Shown here in pieces: positions 29,250 to 38,983 of a stretch of 64,000 bases of DNA. The position numbers were made by a program, and so were the translations under genes. Under the pieces are notes generated by a model. It ran no database searches. It had not been told where the DNA came from and saw nothing but the letters and a program-made list of their open reading frames with translations. Numbering within the stretch: the first letter of the stretch is position 1; each line of letters begins with the position of its first letter. Source of the stretch: Candidatus Sumerlaeaceae bacterium (lineage in GTDB: Bacteria; Sumerlaeota; Sumerlaeia; Sumerlaeales; Sumerlaeaceae); the NCBI GenBank assembly GCA_026418615.1, contig JAOAAY010000005.1, forward strand, positions 51,818 to 115,817. Reading direction: 5' to 3'.

Positions 29250-29588
29250 TTAACGGCGGGGCGTGAAACCGGTGCCCGAGCCGGCAAGGGTGTCCGCCGC
29301 GCGACGCGTGTTTTCCTCGATATCGAGCACGACATGGATCAACTCGGACGCCGTAAAAAACCCGAGAAAACCCAGTACCGCCTTGGTGCCCGCCCAGAGG
29401 GCCGGCAAGAGGTGAGCCTTCAGCGCCACCATCATCGTTGACTCGCCCGATGCGATCAGCAGGGCCTTCGCCGACGAGCCCAGCACCAGGTATTTCAGCG
29501 CATACCCAAGCCCCGCCACGAGCAACAAAAACGCCAGCACTTTGAGAACGAGTGCGATCAGCGGCAGCGCCGTGTAGCGCGGGTTCAT
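29250..29588 (-). CDS. Small hypothetical membrane protein
   Basis: The ORF is 112 aa with about three hydrophobic helices (LPLIALVLKVLAFLLLVAGLGYAL, ...). I recognise no family. Confidence 0.5.
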   Translation of the reverse strand: MNPRYTALPLIALVLKVLAFLLLVAGLGYALKYLVLGSSAKALLIASGESTMMVALKAHLLPALWAGTKAVLGFLGFFTASELIHVVLDIEENTRRAADTLAGSGTGFTPRR

Positions 29589-30226
29589 CCAGGGCTCCCT
29601 TCTTCATTGCTGCAACACACAGGCCATGGAGAACTGTCACACGCCCGCCATGCAACGAAAAGTGCCACGGTCAATCTTAAGAACCTGTCACTGCGGCGTA
29701 GCGCGGCGGAGTGGGCGACTGTGCTTCGTCGTATGTTGCGAGGGACTTCCACGGCGCAATCCCAAGGCACTCCTTGAAATCGCAAGCAGACGGTTCCGAC
29801 CCGGGCGTTCGCCCCCATTCTCATCGCAAGTACAGGCGTTCGCGGAGGCCAGAGCCCCCACCGTTGGGTCCCGCCGCTCGCAGCGAGTGCCCTTGACCAC
29901 GGCCCCGTCGTCCGCTGCAGACGGCCCCTACACTCCTAATCCGAGGCCGACACAGTCATGCAGAACTGCGCATCGCGCTCCACAACCATGACGAAAGCAT
30001 CAAGGTGACGGCACGACTTCTCGAAGAGAGCCTCACCGTTTGATTCCACGATGTGACGCGCCCCCTGCCCCGAACATGCCGAACAAACCGATCGTACGCC
30101 GCGCCTGAGAAGGCGAACAATGCCTTGCGCGCTCCGGAGCCCGCACCAAGGAATCAATATCTTTGGCGCTCCGTCGAGGGATCTTTGCCGCGCCTAACAG
30201 CAGCACCGTACTGAAAAGACTGGCGC

Positions 30227-31162
30227 CTACCGGAAGATCGGGACGATCTCCTCCACGGCAGCCTCCGCAGCCGCGAAATCCGGTTCAGCGGTCTCGATTT
30301 GTGCTGCGACACTCAGCGCGAGCCGAAAAAGCCGTTCGTCACCGGGCGGCAGCACTGCGGTTACGCCGGGCTGTGACAGCGCAAACCGAAGACCCGCCAG
30401 GGCCTCATCCCGCGTCGTGCAGGGCTCGTACCAGCACTTAGGGTAGTCCTCGCGTTTTGCTCTCGTGTTTGCGCTGTCCCAAGCCCCGCGTGCCATGGCT
30501 TTCAGGGCCAAGACCGCCATCCCTTTCGATGCCGCCATGCGCAGCGGCTCCTGATCAAACCGCGACTTGAAGTGGCAGGCAAGGTTAACGGGATAAAGGA
30601 TGGAATCGAAGTCAAATTTCTCCATGGCAGCCAGTGCCGCGGCCGGCGAGTGAGCCGAAAACCCCAGATACCGAACCAAGCCCTCTTCCCGCGCTGCCAC
30701 CAAAGTGTCCATCGCACCGCCCGGCGCAAAGGCGGCTTCCACATCCTTCACCACATCCGTGACAGCATGCAACTGGTAGAGATCAAAGCGGTCTGTCCGA
30801 AGCCTTTTCAGCGATTCGACGAGGTGCTCACGCGCCCCCCGGGCGTCGCGGCGTTCCGTTTTGCAGGCGAGGAACACTTTTTCCCTGTACGGTTGGAGGG
30901 CGGGGCCCAGCATCTCTTCGGCATTGCCGTAAGTCGGGGCCACATCGAAGTAATTGACGCCAGCCTCTACAGCCTCGGCCACTACCCGGGCGCTGGTCCG
31001 TGCATCGGCATTCATCACGACGATGCCGCCAAAACCGATGACCGACAGTTTTGTGTCGGTCTTTCCGTATTTCCGTTTGGGAATCACATGATGCCCCGGC
31101 TCAGTCCATAGACCGCTTTCACTCGCGAATGTGCACAGGACTGATAGCAAATGCACGGTCAA
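30227..31162 (-). CDS. Aldo/keto reductase
   Basis: The motifs NYFDVAPTYGNAEEMLG, LACKT and DLYQLHAV are present. A GTG at 31087 (MIPKRKYGKTDTKLSVIGFGG) gives a more typical N-terminus than the track start. Confidence 0.85.
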   Translation of the reverse strand: MTVHLLSVLCTFASESGLWTEPGHHVIPKRKYGKTDTKLSVIGFGGIVVMNADARTSARVVAEAVEAGVNYFDVAPTYGNAEEMLGPALQPYREKVFLACKTERRDARGAREHLVESLKRLRTDRFDLYQLHAVTDVVKDVEAAFAPGGAMDTLVAAREEGLVRYLGFSAHSPAAALAAMEKFDFDSILYPVNLACHFKSRFDQEPLRMAASKGMAVLALKAMARGAWDSANTRAKREDYPKCWYEPCTTRDEALAGLRFALSQPGVTAVLPPGDERLFRLALSVAAQIETAEPDFAAAEAAVEEIVPIFR

Positions 31163-31175
31163 TTATCGGGAGCGC

Positions 31176-34100
31176 TCATGACTCACGAGTCCCTCTGCGC
31201 TTCTCATCGAATGGATCGCCGCCCGCTCTGATCACGCGCACCTCGCGCTGCGGCACGGGAATCACCACCCCGGCCTCAGCAAACAATTCGCTGATCCGTC
31301 GCTGGATTTCGTGCCGCGTGGCCAGGGAGATGTCGAGTTTCGGAATGAAGCAGCGCATGACAAACTGCAGCGAGTTGTCACCAAAACCGTCGAGCAACGC
31401 ATGCGGAGCCGGGTCGGTCAGCACTCCCGGCGTTTCGCGGGCCGCGCGCAGCAGCAACTCGCGCACAACATCCGGATCGCTTCCGTAGGCTACTCCCACG
31501 CGGAACTCGAGCCGCGCCACACTGTCAGTGAGCGTCCAATTCACAATCTCGCCGGTAATCAAGGTCTTGTTCGGGACAATGTGTTCGCGGTTGTCCCAGT
31601 CGAGGATCGTCGTGGCGCGCATACGGATGCGGGTGACCCGTCCGGTCACATTATTGATGGTCACGACATCGCCCACGCGTACGGGACGCTCGAACAGAAG
31701 AATGAGACCGGAGACGAAATTGCCAAAGATCTCCTGCAAGCCAAACGCAAGACCAACGGTCGCCGCGGCGGCCAGCCATTGGACATCGGACCAACCCACT
31801 CCAAGAATACCGGCGCTGGCCAGGATGCCGATAAATACGATGACATATCTCGCCAACTGCGATGCTGCGTAGCGGCCGCCGGCCTGAATGGGGAGCCGTG
31901 ACAACACGGCAACCTCCAACAAGCCGGGGAGGTTGCGCGCGGCCACGAAGGTGATTCCGACGACCAGGAGCGCCAAAAGCACCGAGCCAACCGTTACGGG
32001 TACCATGCGCTCTACCACCTGGCGGCGCTCCTCGCCGGTAGCGTCACGCGTGACCTCAGTCACCTTGGCCGTATAAGTCCAGAGGCGGAACTCGGGGCGG
32101 TGGAGGTAGCCGAGGGCGGGAAGAACATCAACCCATACGAACCAGACGGACACCAAGAACACACCCGCGGTAATAAGTCGCAGCAGGCGCCGTGACTGGG
32201 TGTCGGCCACCGCCAGTTCCGTGTACAGCGTTTCACCGGCGGCCGGCGCAGCCCCCTCGGCCGCCGCGGTCACCTCGGCATGTTCGCGCGATCGCCGCTG
32301 TGCGAAATGCAGCCGCGCCACCATCAATCCGCGCGCGGCAAACCCGTGCGCAATGATCAGGATTGCGCCGAGGCCAAGAGTAATCTGAAATTTCAGAGCC
32401 AATACGGCCGCTGCGTAGTCGTAACCGGCCAGCGCCAAGGCAGCCATGACCAAGGGGGCCCCGGCGATGGCCGGGTACCAGACATATCTGAGGTGCGACA
32501 GCCAACCACCTGACTGCGCGGCGAGGAGTGAGGAAAAGATGCCTCGGGTTGGATGAAGGATCCTGAACAGAAAAATGCTGAGGGCCGCCATGGCAGCAAA
32601 AAGAGCGGCCTGCCCCACGGCATCGAGTTGTTCCCTCCGTACCGTCTCAGAACCATGCCAGCGAGCAAACTGGTACAGAAACACGGCGGGAAGATAAACC
32701 CAGAACAGGCGGGGTATTGCTGCACGGAGTTGTTGGAGGGCGGCCTCAGGCCATCCGAAATGCGCCGCCGCCAGGCCGCCGGGTGAGCAGGACAAACGCA
32801 CTGCCTCAAAACCAAAAATCACATAGGCAAGCCGACGCAGAGCCGCGCCGGCAATGTCCGCCACCTCAGGAGAGTCGGGAGCCCCGGTGATCAGCCATGC
32901 GGTCACCCCCAACAACGCGGGCCACCGCGCGGCCAGCAACAGCGTCGCGGCGAGAGCCTGCAGGGTGACGCGCGTCGGCGCCGACGCGCTCAGGCGCACG
33001 GTTTCCCCTGTTCTGGCAAGGTGTTTGCCGATGCGAGCCGGAATGGCGGCGATCAACAAAAGAGTTAGAACAACAGTCAGCAGCGCGGCAGGGCTTCTTG
33101 CCGCGTGGCGCAGTGCGCCGGTAACCACGCGCAGCAGTTCGTCCGACGAGGCCACATCCACGGCCAACTGGCCGATGCGCCCCAGTTGGGAAATCCCAAA
33201 AGGAGGAGAACTGCGGATCCACAGCACCTGCTCGTCTATGAAGCGCGCAAAAATCTCTGTTTCGGCCAGCAATTGCCGCTCGGCCGCATCAAGATCGGCC
33301 ATCACTGTGAAATAGACGGTCGTGTCGGCAATCAAACTGTCTAAGTAGTTGCGCTGTGTAGTGAGCAGTTCGCGAGCGAGGGAGGTCAATTGATCGGCGG
33401 CGGTTGTTGTCGGATCCGCGCCGGTTGCAGCCACCGTGGTTTTCACCGCGGAGTCGAGGCTGGCCAACCGGGCCCGTTTGTCCTGCAGTTCGATGAGTAA
33501 CAACTGCGACTCGGGCAGCGCGCGCTGACGCTCGTTGATGCTGCGCTTGAGGCGCACGGTGTCGGGGAGTTTGTCTCGCTGTGCACGCAGGATGACACCG
33601 ACCACCTGATTCAGGCCTGCGGCCTTGATGCGCTCTCGAGCGGCGGCGAAGTCCTGCCGGACACGCTCCAGATTCTCCCGAGCCTTCTTGTATTGTGTCT
33701 CAGCCTGCGCAATTCGCTCGGTTACGCCCTGAGGGCCTGTGCGCGCTTGCGCCAGTCGCTCGTTCTCGGCTGCGATGGCGCGCACTGCCGGGTGGGCACC
33801 AATCAGTTCCTCCGCGGCGGCGCGCGCCTCCATGGCACTCTGGGCCGCCTGACGACGGCGCAAGTCTGCAAGGAGGGTCTGCAGCGCGTCGAGTCGTGCG
33901 CTCAGGGATTCGATCTCTCGTAAAACCAAATCTCGCTGCACCGTGGGCAGATCCGCTTCGGCAATGTAGGCCGCCTGCTCCGCCTTCAGAGCGCGGTCTT
34001 TTTGCTCCGCGGCTTTCAGCCGTGCGGCTGCCGCCGTAGCCTTGGCGACGGCCAGAGACTCTTGCGGGATGCCCAACACAGCGCGCAGTTGGGACTCTGC

Positions 34101-34622
34101 CGCATTCCGTTGTTCCTGCGCCTCGGCAAGAAGGGCTGGAATCCGAGACTGGCGTTCGGCGCGACGCGATTGTTCGGCGGCCAGTTCGTCCGCGCGCTTC
34201 CGCGCAGCATCCAATGCGGCCTTCAGGGCACGCTGCGTCTGCTCCGCTTGTTGCAGTGTGGGTGTCGCCGGCAGGTCAGAGACATCCTCGACCGGTTTGG
34301 CATCGAGCCGCTGACGGGCATCCGCCAAAGCCTGCGGTGCCGCGTTGACGGCAGCCTCAAAATCATCCGCACGCTTCGACCACTCAGCGGCCTCTCGGAT
34401 GGCTTCGGCTGCTGCCCGGTACTCCGCCAAAACTTGCGTGGTTAGTCCGGCCTCAGCGAGTAACTGGGGTTCCGACTCCAAGCGCCTGATTCGCGTCTCG
34501 ATGGCTTCTGATGTCAGCGGCGGTGTGGTGCTCAAATCCGCAGGCGATGGCCGGTCCGGAGCGGCCACGGCCCCGAGCGTAACGGATAAAATCAGACCTG
34601 TGAAGATTATGCTTTTCATCAT
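31176..34622 (-). CDS. Mechanosensitive channel, MscK/KefA-like (MscS family with long periplasmic coiled-coil N-domain)
   Basis: The ORF is 1148 aa. It has a signal peptide, about 450 aa rich in A, E, Q, R and L with a coiled-coil appearance, multiple TM helices and a C-terminal MscS core (VRVGDVVTINNVTGRVTRIRMRATTILDWDNREHIVPNKTL). Confidence 0.9.
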   Translation of the reverse strand: MMKSIIFTGLILSVTLGAVAAPDRPSPADLSTTPPLTSEAIETRIRRLESEPQLLAEAGLTTQVLAEYRAAAEAIREAAEWSKRADDFEAAVNAAPQALADARQRLDAKPVEDVSDLPATPTLQQAEQTQRALKAALDAARKRADELAAEQSRRAERQSRIPALLAEAQEQRNAAESQLRAVLGIPQESLAVAKATAAAARLKAAEQKDRALKAEQAAYIAEADLPTVQRDLVLREIESLSARLDALQTLLADLRRRQAAQSAMEARAAAEELIGAHPAVRAIAAENERLAQARTGPQGVTERIAQAETQYKKARENLERVRQDFAAARERIKAAGLNQVVGVILRAQRDKLPDTVRLKRSINERQRALPESQLLLIELQDKRARLASLDSAVKTTVAATGADPTTTAADQLTSLARELLTTQRNYLDSLIADTTVYFTVMADLDAAERQLLAETEIFARFIDEQVLWIRSSPPFGISQLGRIGQLAVDVASSDELLRVVTGALRHAARSPAALLTVVLTLLLIAAIPARIGKHLARTGETVRLSASAPTRVTLQALAATLLLAARWPALLGVTAWLITGAPDSPEVADIAGAALRRLAYVIFGFEAVRLSCSPGGLAAAHFGWPEAALQQLRAAIPRLFWVYLPAVFLYQFARWHGSETVRREQLDAVGQAALFAAMAALSIFLFRILHPTRGIFSSLLAAQSGGWLSHLRYVWYPAIAGAPLVMAALALAGYDYAAAVLALKFQITLGLGAILIIAHGFAARGLMVARLHFAQRRSREHAEVTAAAEGAAPAAGETLYTELAVADTQSRRLLRLITAGVFLVSVWFVWVDVLPALGYLHRPEFRLWTYTAKVTEVTRDATGEERRQVVERMVPVTVGSVLLALLVVGITFVAARNLPGLLEVAVLSRLPIQAGGRYAASQLARYVIVFIGILASAGILGVGWSDVQWLAAAATVGLAFGLQEIFGNFVSGLILLFERPVRVGDVVTINNVTGRVTRIRMRATTILDWDNREHIVPNKTLITGEIVNWTLTDSVARLEFRVGVAYGSDPDVVRELLLRAARETPGVLTDPAPHALLDGFGDNSLQFVMRCFIPKLDISLATRHEIQRRISELFAEAGVVIPVPQREVRVIRAGGDPFDEKRRGTRES

Positions 34623-37182
34623 TGGGGGCTGTTGGCAGTCACAGCGTATTCAGTCAACGCCGACCGGTACTTTGGAATCGCTCGACTCATTACGACCGGA
34701 TGTATCGCCGCCCGCGCCGGGACGGCGGCTTTCTGCCGGCCTGTGGCTGCTGATCATTTGGCTGGCGGCGTTGCTCGTCTACCTCTGGCATCACGAGGGT
34801 CTGCTGGAAGTCCCGTTCATAGGGCCAGCCGCCCGTCCGGGCGCGTTTCAAGAAGTTTTACGAAATGCTACCGGCCCGTACCGAATCTGGTGGCAGAATA
34901 TCCCTTGGGCCGGGCTTGCATGGGCAGGCGCCTGCCTCGGTCTGTACATGACGCTTGGGTGGGCACTGCTCGGCTGTTTCGAGGTTTACCTGCCGCGTGC
35001 TGCGGCGGTGGCCTTAGCCTTTACCCTCGGCGCAGGGATGGCCGGATGGGTTTTCAGCATGATCGCCATGGTGCACCTGCTGTCGAGACCGGTCGTCCTC
35101 GGCACTTGGATTGTGATGCTGGCGGCTGCGTTTGTCGCCCGGGCGCGCTGGGGCGAACGCCCCATTCCTGACACAAATGCGGACGAGTCGCACATTCTGC
35201 ACGCCGCCCGGCGGGAAATCGCACGCATGGGCGAAAACCGGACCATTTGCGAGCCGGTCGGACCGGTCGAGCGCCTGTTATACTTCGCCATGATCGCAAT
35301 GATTGGCGTCATTAGCGCGCTCGTTTTCATTCACGGCGTCGCCTACCCCGAAACCTACTGGGATTCGCTCATCCTGTACATGGGCTATGCCCGGAAAACC
35401 TTCCTCGAGGGCGGGTTTCCGCTGAAAGTTGTGGGGCAGGTCGGGATTGGCCTTGGAGCCAATTATCCCCATCTTTACCCGAGTCTCTCCGCTCAAAACG
35501 CGGCTCTGGCCGGTTTCTGGAGCGATTCGTTTGCGCAGTTGCTGCCGCCGCTGGCGGGACTTGCATCGGTTGTGTTGTGTTATTATCTGGCGCTGGACCT
35601 CACGCGTGACCGGCTGGCCGCGGCGGCCTCGGCGCTGGCGATGCGGACGGTTCCGTACGGCCTTGCCTACAACCAGTTTGCGAGCGATTACGCCGTGGCC
35701 ATTCTGCTCACCGCAGCATTCCTGTATCTCGCATCGCGCTATGTGCGCGACGGCCTGCCGGCATACCGCAACTTGATGTTCCTGACCGCCGCGCTCGCCG
35801 CCAATGTCAACTATTTAATGTTGGTGCTGTGGCCTGTGGCCGCACTGGTAGTCTTTGCAGCGCACACGGCTTGGCCGCGTCCGGAGTCTCTGCGCGTTCC
35901 CGACAGTTCGCTACCCGACGATGACGGGGCACCACGCCCGTTCGAATTGCCGAGTTTCATGCAACGCTCTGCGCGCGAGCCGCTTGCGGTTTTGCTGCGC
36001 ACCCGGACTTTCTGGGCAGGTGTAACCGCAGCCATCATCATCGCCGCCCCGTGGTATACTCGAAACGCCCTACTAACCGGAAATCCCGTTTACGCCTTCT
36101 TTTATCAGATTTTCCCCAGCCGTCATGTGAATCCGGAAGTCATGGAGTCGGCCGTCGTCGAGTGGCGCGCCAACGGGGATGGACTCGCTTCGGTTGGCCG
36201 CACGCTGTCGGAAAAACTGGCCAACTCGTGGCTTTACTTCGTCACGGGCGCTCAGGCCTACAAACTGGCCCCAGTCTTTGTGGGGCTGGTGCTGCCGGGT
36301 TTGCTGATCTATCTGGTCGCCGCCATTTTGCACAGGCTGCGCCGCAGCCCGGGGCAACATCCCAGCGCCGAGATCCGATTCACGGCTGCTGCAACCGGCC
36401 TGTTTGCCATCCTGTGGCTCTACGCGTATGTCGTAGCCGATTATTATCTTTACCAAATCATCATCGTTTTGCCCCTCTTTGCTGTGTTCGCCGCCTGGGT
36501 GTGGCGGGTCGCCGCGCCTCCCGCACTGCGAACCGGGCGCGTCGCGCTGGCTGTTGTTGTGCTCGCTGCCGGATTCGCCCCGGGAGCCGTCATGGCGGCC
36601 ATGGGATTCAAACTGACCACGACCGGCATCCTTTGGGGTCAACCGTTTTCCCAGATCCATCTGACAGCCTTGCGCAACCCTTTTATGGATCGTAATACTT
36701 TTTACCGTCTGCGTTTCAATGGCGACATGGACATGTTTGCGCGGCTAACCCATTTGCCGCGCTCGTCGCGCATCTTGACCCACGAGAATCGTCATCTGCT
36801 GTTGGATGAGCGGCTCACCATCATTCATCTGGATGATTGGGAGATTCAAGCGGCCTACCGCAAACCCGCGGCCGAGCGCCTGCGCATCCTCGATGAGCAG
36901 GAGATTGACTACTATCTCTATGTCCCCAACGAGGACCGCCACCCCGTGAATTCGCTGCTGGGGATGGATGAGTTGATCGGGGGCGGCTGGTTCGAGGAAA
37001 TCGCCCGGTTCGAGGCCTCCGATAAGCGCAGTCGCCCGTTCCATTACCGCCACATCCCGCTTCACATGAATGTACTTTACAAGCGCACGGACAAGGACCG
37101 GCCGCCGCGCCGTTCGGTCCCTCCCCCGTCGGGCGTCCGGGTGACTCCGGCGACGGACTCACCTCCCGCGCGGCTCAAATAA
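34609..37182 (+). CDS. Polytopic membrane protein, probable GT-C fold glycosyltransferase (PMT_2/ArnT-like), with C-terminal soluble domain
   Basis: There are more than 10 hydrophobic helices, and the loop GANYPHLYPSL resembles GT-C enzymes. The 5' end is uncertain. The track start at 34345 lies inside the divergent MscK gene. The ATG at 34609 still overlaps the MscK start by 14 nt. A TTG at 34672 is an alternative start. Confidence 0.65.
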   Translation: MLFIIGGCWQSQRIQSTPTGTLESLDSLRPDVSPPAPGRRLSAGLWLLIIWLAALLVYLWHHEGLLEVPFIGPAARPGAFQEVLRNATGPYRIWWQNIPWAGLAWAGACLGLYMTLGWALLGCFEVYLPRAAAVALAFTLGAGMAGWVFSMIAMVHLLSRPVVLGTWIVMLAAAFVARARWGERPIPDTNADESHILHAARREIARMGENRTICEPVGPVERLLYFAMIAMIGVISALVFIHGVAYPETYWDSLILYMGYARKTFLEGGFPLKVVGQVGIGLGANYPHLYPSLSAQNAALAGFWSDSFAQLLPPLAGLASVVLCYYLALDLTRDRLAAAASALAMRTVPYGLAYNQFASDYAVAILLTAAFLYLASRYVRDGLPAYRNLMFLTAALAANVNYLMLVLWPVAALVVFAAHTAWPRPESLRVPDSSLPDDDGAPRPFELPSFMQRSAREPLAVLLRTRTFWAGVTAAIIIAAPWYTRNALLTGNPVYAFFYQIFPSRHVNPEVMESAVVEWRANGDGLASVGRTLSEKLANSWLYFVTGAQAYKLAPVFVGLVLPGLLIYLVAAILHRLRRSPGQHPSAEIRFTAAATGLFAILWLYAYVVADYYLYQIIIVLPLFAVFAAWVWRVAAPPALRTGRVALAVVVLAAGFAPGAVMAAMGFKLTTTGILWGQPFSQIHLTALRNPFMDRNTFYRLRFNGDMDMFARLTHLPRSSRILTHENRHLLLDERLTIIHLDDWEIQAAYRKPAAERLRILDEQEIDYYLYVPNEDRHPVNSLLGMDELIGGGWFEEIARFEASDKRSRPFHYRHIPLHMNVLYKRTDKDRPPRRSVPPPSGVRVTPATDSPPARLK

Positions 37183-37265
37183 ACCCCCGGGCTTTCAGTA
37201 GCGCGAACAGGTTCACATACTCGCCGGCTCGACAAAGATCGCGGGCCGCATACGCAAACGGAGGC

Positions 37266-38846
37266 ATGAAGCGCATGGTGCTCGATCGCCGCGCCGCTGG
37301 ATTGCTACTTCACCCCACATCCTTACCCGGTCCCTACGGCATTGGCGATGTCGGCCCAGCAGCCCATGGGTTTGTCGACTGGCTGACCGAGGCCGGGCTA
37401 TCCATCTGGCAGGTACTGCCGCTGGGCCCCACCAGTTTCGGCGATTCGCCATACCAATGTTTTTCTGCTTTTGCAGGCAACCCGCTGCTCGTCAGCCCCG
37501 ACCTGCTGGTTGCCGAGGGCCTGCTCACCCAAGAGGACATCGCCCCGCCGGCGTTTCCACTCGCCGTGGACTATGGCTGGGTCATCGTCTGGAAGACCGA
37601 CCTTCTCCGCCGCGCTCACGCCCGCTTTGCCGCGGGAGGCTTTCACTCCTTGGCTGATCGCTACGCCGCCTTCCGCAACCGTCCGGATGTGGCCTACTGG
37701 CTGGACGATTATGCCCTCTTTATGGCGTGCAAGGACGCTCACCATGGCCAGCCGTGGAATACATGGGAACCTGCCTTGCGCGCCTTCCAGCGTGATGCGG
37801 TTGAAGCCGCCCGCGCCGCCCACGCACCCAACATCGAGTATCACCGCTTTGCACAATTCCTTTTCTTCGACCAATGGGAGCGCCTGCGCGCAGCCTGCCG
37901 TGAGCGCGGCATTACGATCATCGGAGACGCACCGATTTATGTCGCCTTCGACAGCGCCGATACCTGGGCGCATCAGGACCTGTTCCTGATCGGACGCGAC
38001 GGCAACCCCACGGTGGTGGCCGGCGTGCCGCCGGACTATTTCAGCGAAACGGGTCAACTGTGGGGCAATCCCATTTATGACTGGAAACGCATGGCGCGCG
38101 ACGACTACGCGTGGTGGATGGCGCGGCTGCGCAGCACGCTCGCCCTCGTAGATGTCATTCGCCTCGATCACTTCCGCGGATTTTTCGGCTATTGGGCAGT
38201 GCCGTTCGGCGCCCCCACCGCCGAAACGGGAAAATGGGTGAAAGGTCCCGGTCAGAAATTCTTCGCGAGCATTCGCAAGCAACTCGGCGACCTCCCCATC
38301 ATCGCCGAGGATCTCGGTGACATCACGGAGGATGTCGTGGAGGGACGCAAAAAACTTGGTCTGCCCGGCATGAAGGTGCTGCAGTTCGCCTGGAGTCCAG
38401 TCGCCACCGACCCTGTTGTCACCGATCCCAACAGCGGGTTCTTGCCCTACCAACATGACCCCAACCAAGTGGTGTATACCGGCACGCACGACAACGACAC
38501 CACCTTGGGCTGGTGGCAGAACACCTCTACACCCGCCGAGCGCCTGACGATGCAGGCCTACCTCGCCACAGACGGCAGCGCCCCCCACTGGGACCTGATG
38601 CGCGCAGCCTTTGGATCGGTCGCCAACACTGCCGTGGTCCCGGTGCAAGACCTGCTGGGGCTGGGCAGCGAAGCCCGCATGAATTACCCCGGCCGCGCCG
38701 AAGGCAATTGGTGCTGGCGGCTGGCTGAAGGCCAGTTGAACCGCCAGCACGCCCAAGCCATCCGCGGCCTCGCGCTTCTCTACGGGCGCGCTGCCAATCC
38801 CCCGGAAAAGGCCGTGCCCGTGCCACCCAAAAAACCGAAGTATTGA
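37266..38846 (+). CDS. malQ: 4-alpha-glucanotransferase (amylomaltase)
   Basis: The N-terminus is RAAGLLLHPTSLPGPYGIGDVG, and the motifs IIGDAPIYVA and IRLDHFRGF (GH77) are present. GGAGG precedes the ATG. Confidence 0.93.
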   Translation: MKRMVLDRRAAGLLLHPTSLPGPYGIGDVGPAAHGFVDWLTEAGLSIWQVLPLGPTSFGDSPYQCFSAFAGNPLLVSPDLLVAEGLLTQEDIAPPAFPLAVDYGWVIVWKTDLLRRAHARFAAGGFHSLADRYAAFRNRPDVAYWLDDYALFMACKDAHHGQPWNTWEPALRAFQRDAVEAARAAHAPNIEYHRFAQFLFFDQWERLRAACRERGITIIGDAPIYVAFDSADTWAHQDLFLIGRDGNPTVVAGVPPDYFSETGQLWGNPIYDWKRMARDDYAWWMARLRSTLALVDVIRLDHFRGFFGYWAVPFGAPTAETGKWVKGPGQKFFASIRKQLGDLPIIAEDLGDITEDVVEGRKKLGLPGMKVLQFAWSPVATDPVVTDPNSGFLPYQHDPNQVVYTGTHDNDTTLGWWQNTSTPAERLTMQAYLATDGSAPHWDLMRAAFGSVANTAVVPVQDLLGLGSEARMNYPGRAEGNWCWRLAEGQLNRQHAQAIRGLALLYGRAANPPEKAVPVPPKKPKY

Positions 38847-38983
38847 CGCCCGATGCGCGATTCAGTCGCCGGATTCTCTTGCTCCTGTTCCAATGCGCCC
38901 ACAGACTGATGGGTTAGTGCTCAGTCGGGACAACTGCTTCGCTTAAGTCCTCACCATTCGTGCGTTAAGGGCGGTGGCTCAAT

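Noticed and set aside
29589-30226. RNase P RNA, tmRNA, SRP RNA or a tRNA in the large gap.
   Set aside because: On either strand I could not find the conserved blocks expected by eye: GAGGAAAGTCC-type for RNase P, an acceptor/T-arm GGTTCGAATCC ending in CCA for tmRNA or tRNA, and GGAAGCAGCC-type for SRP RNA. The gap is kept only as an unexplained region.
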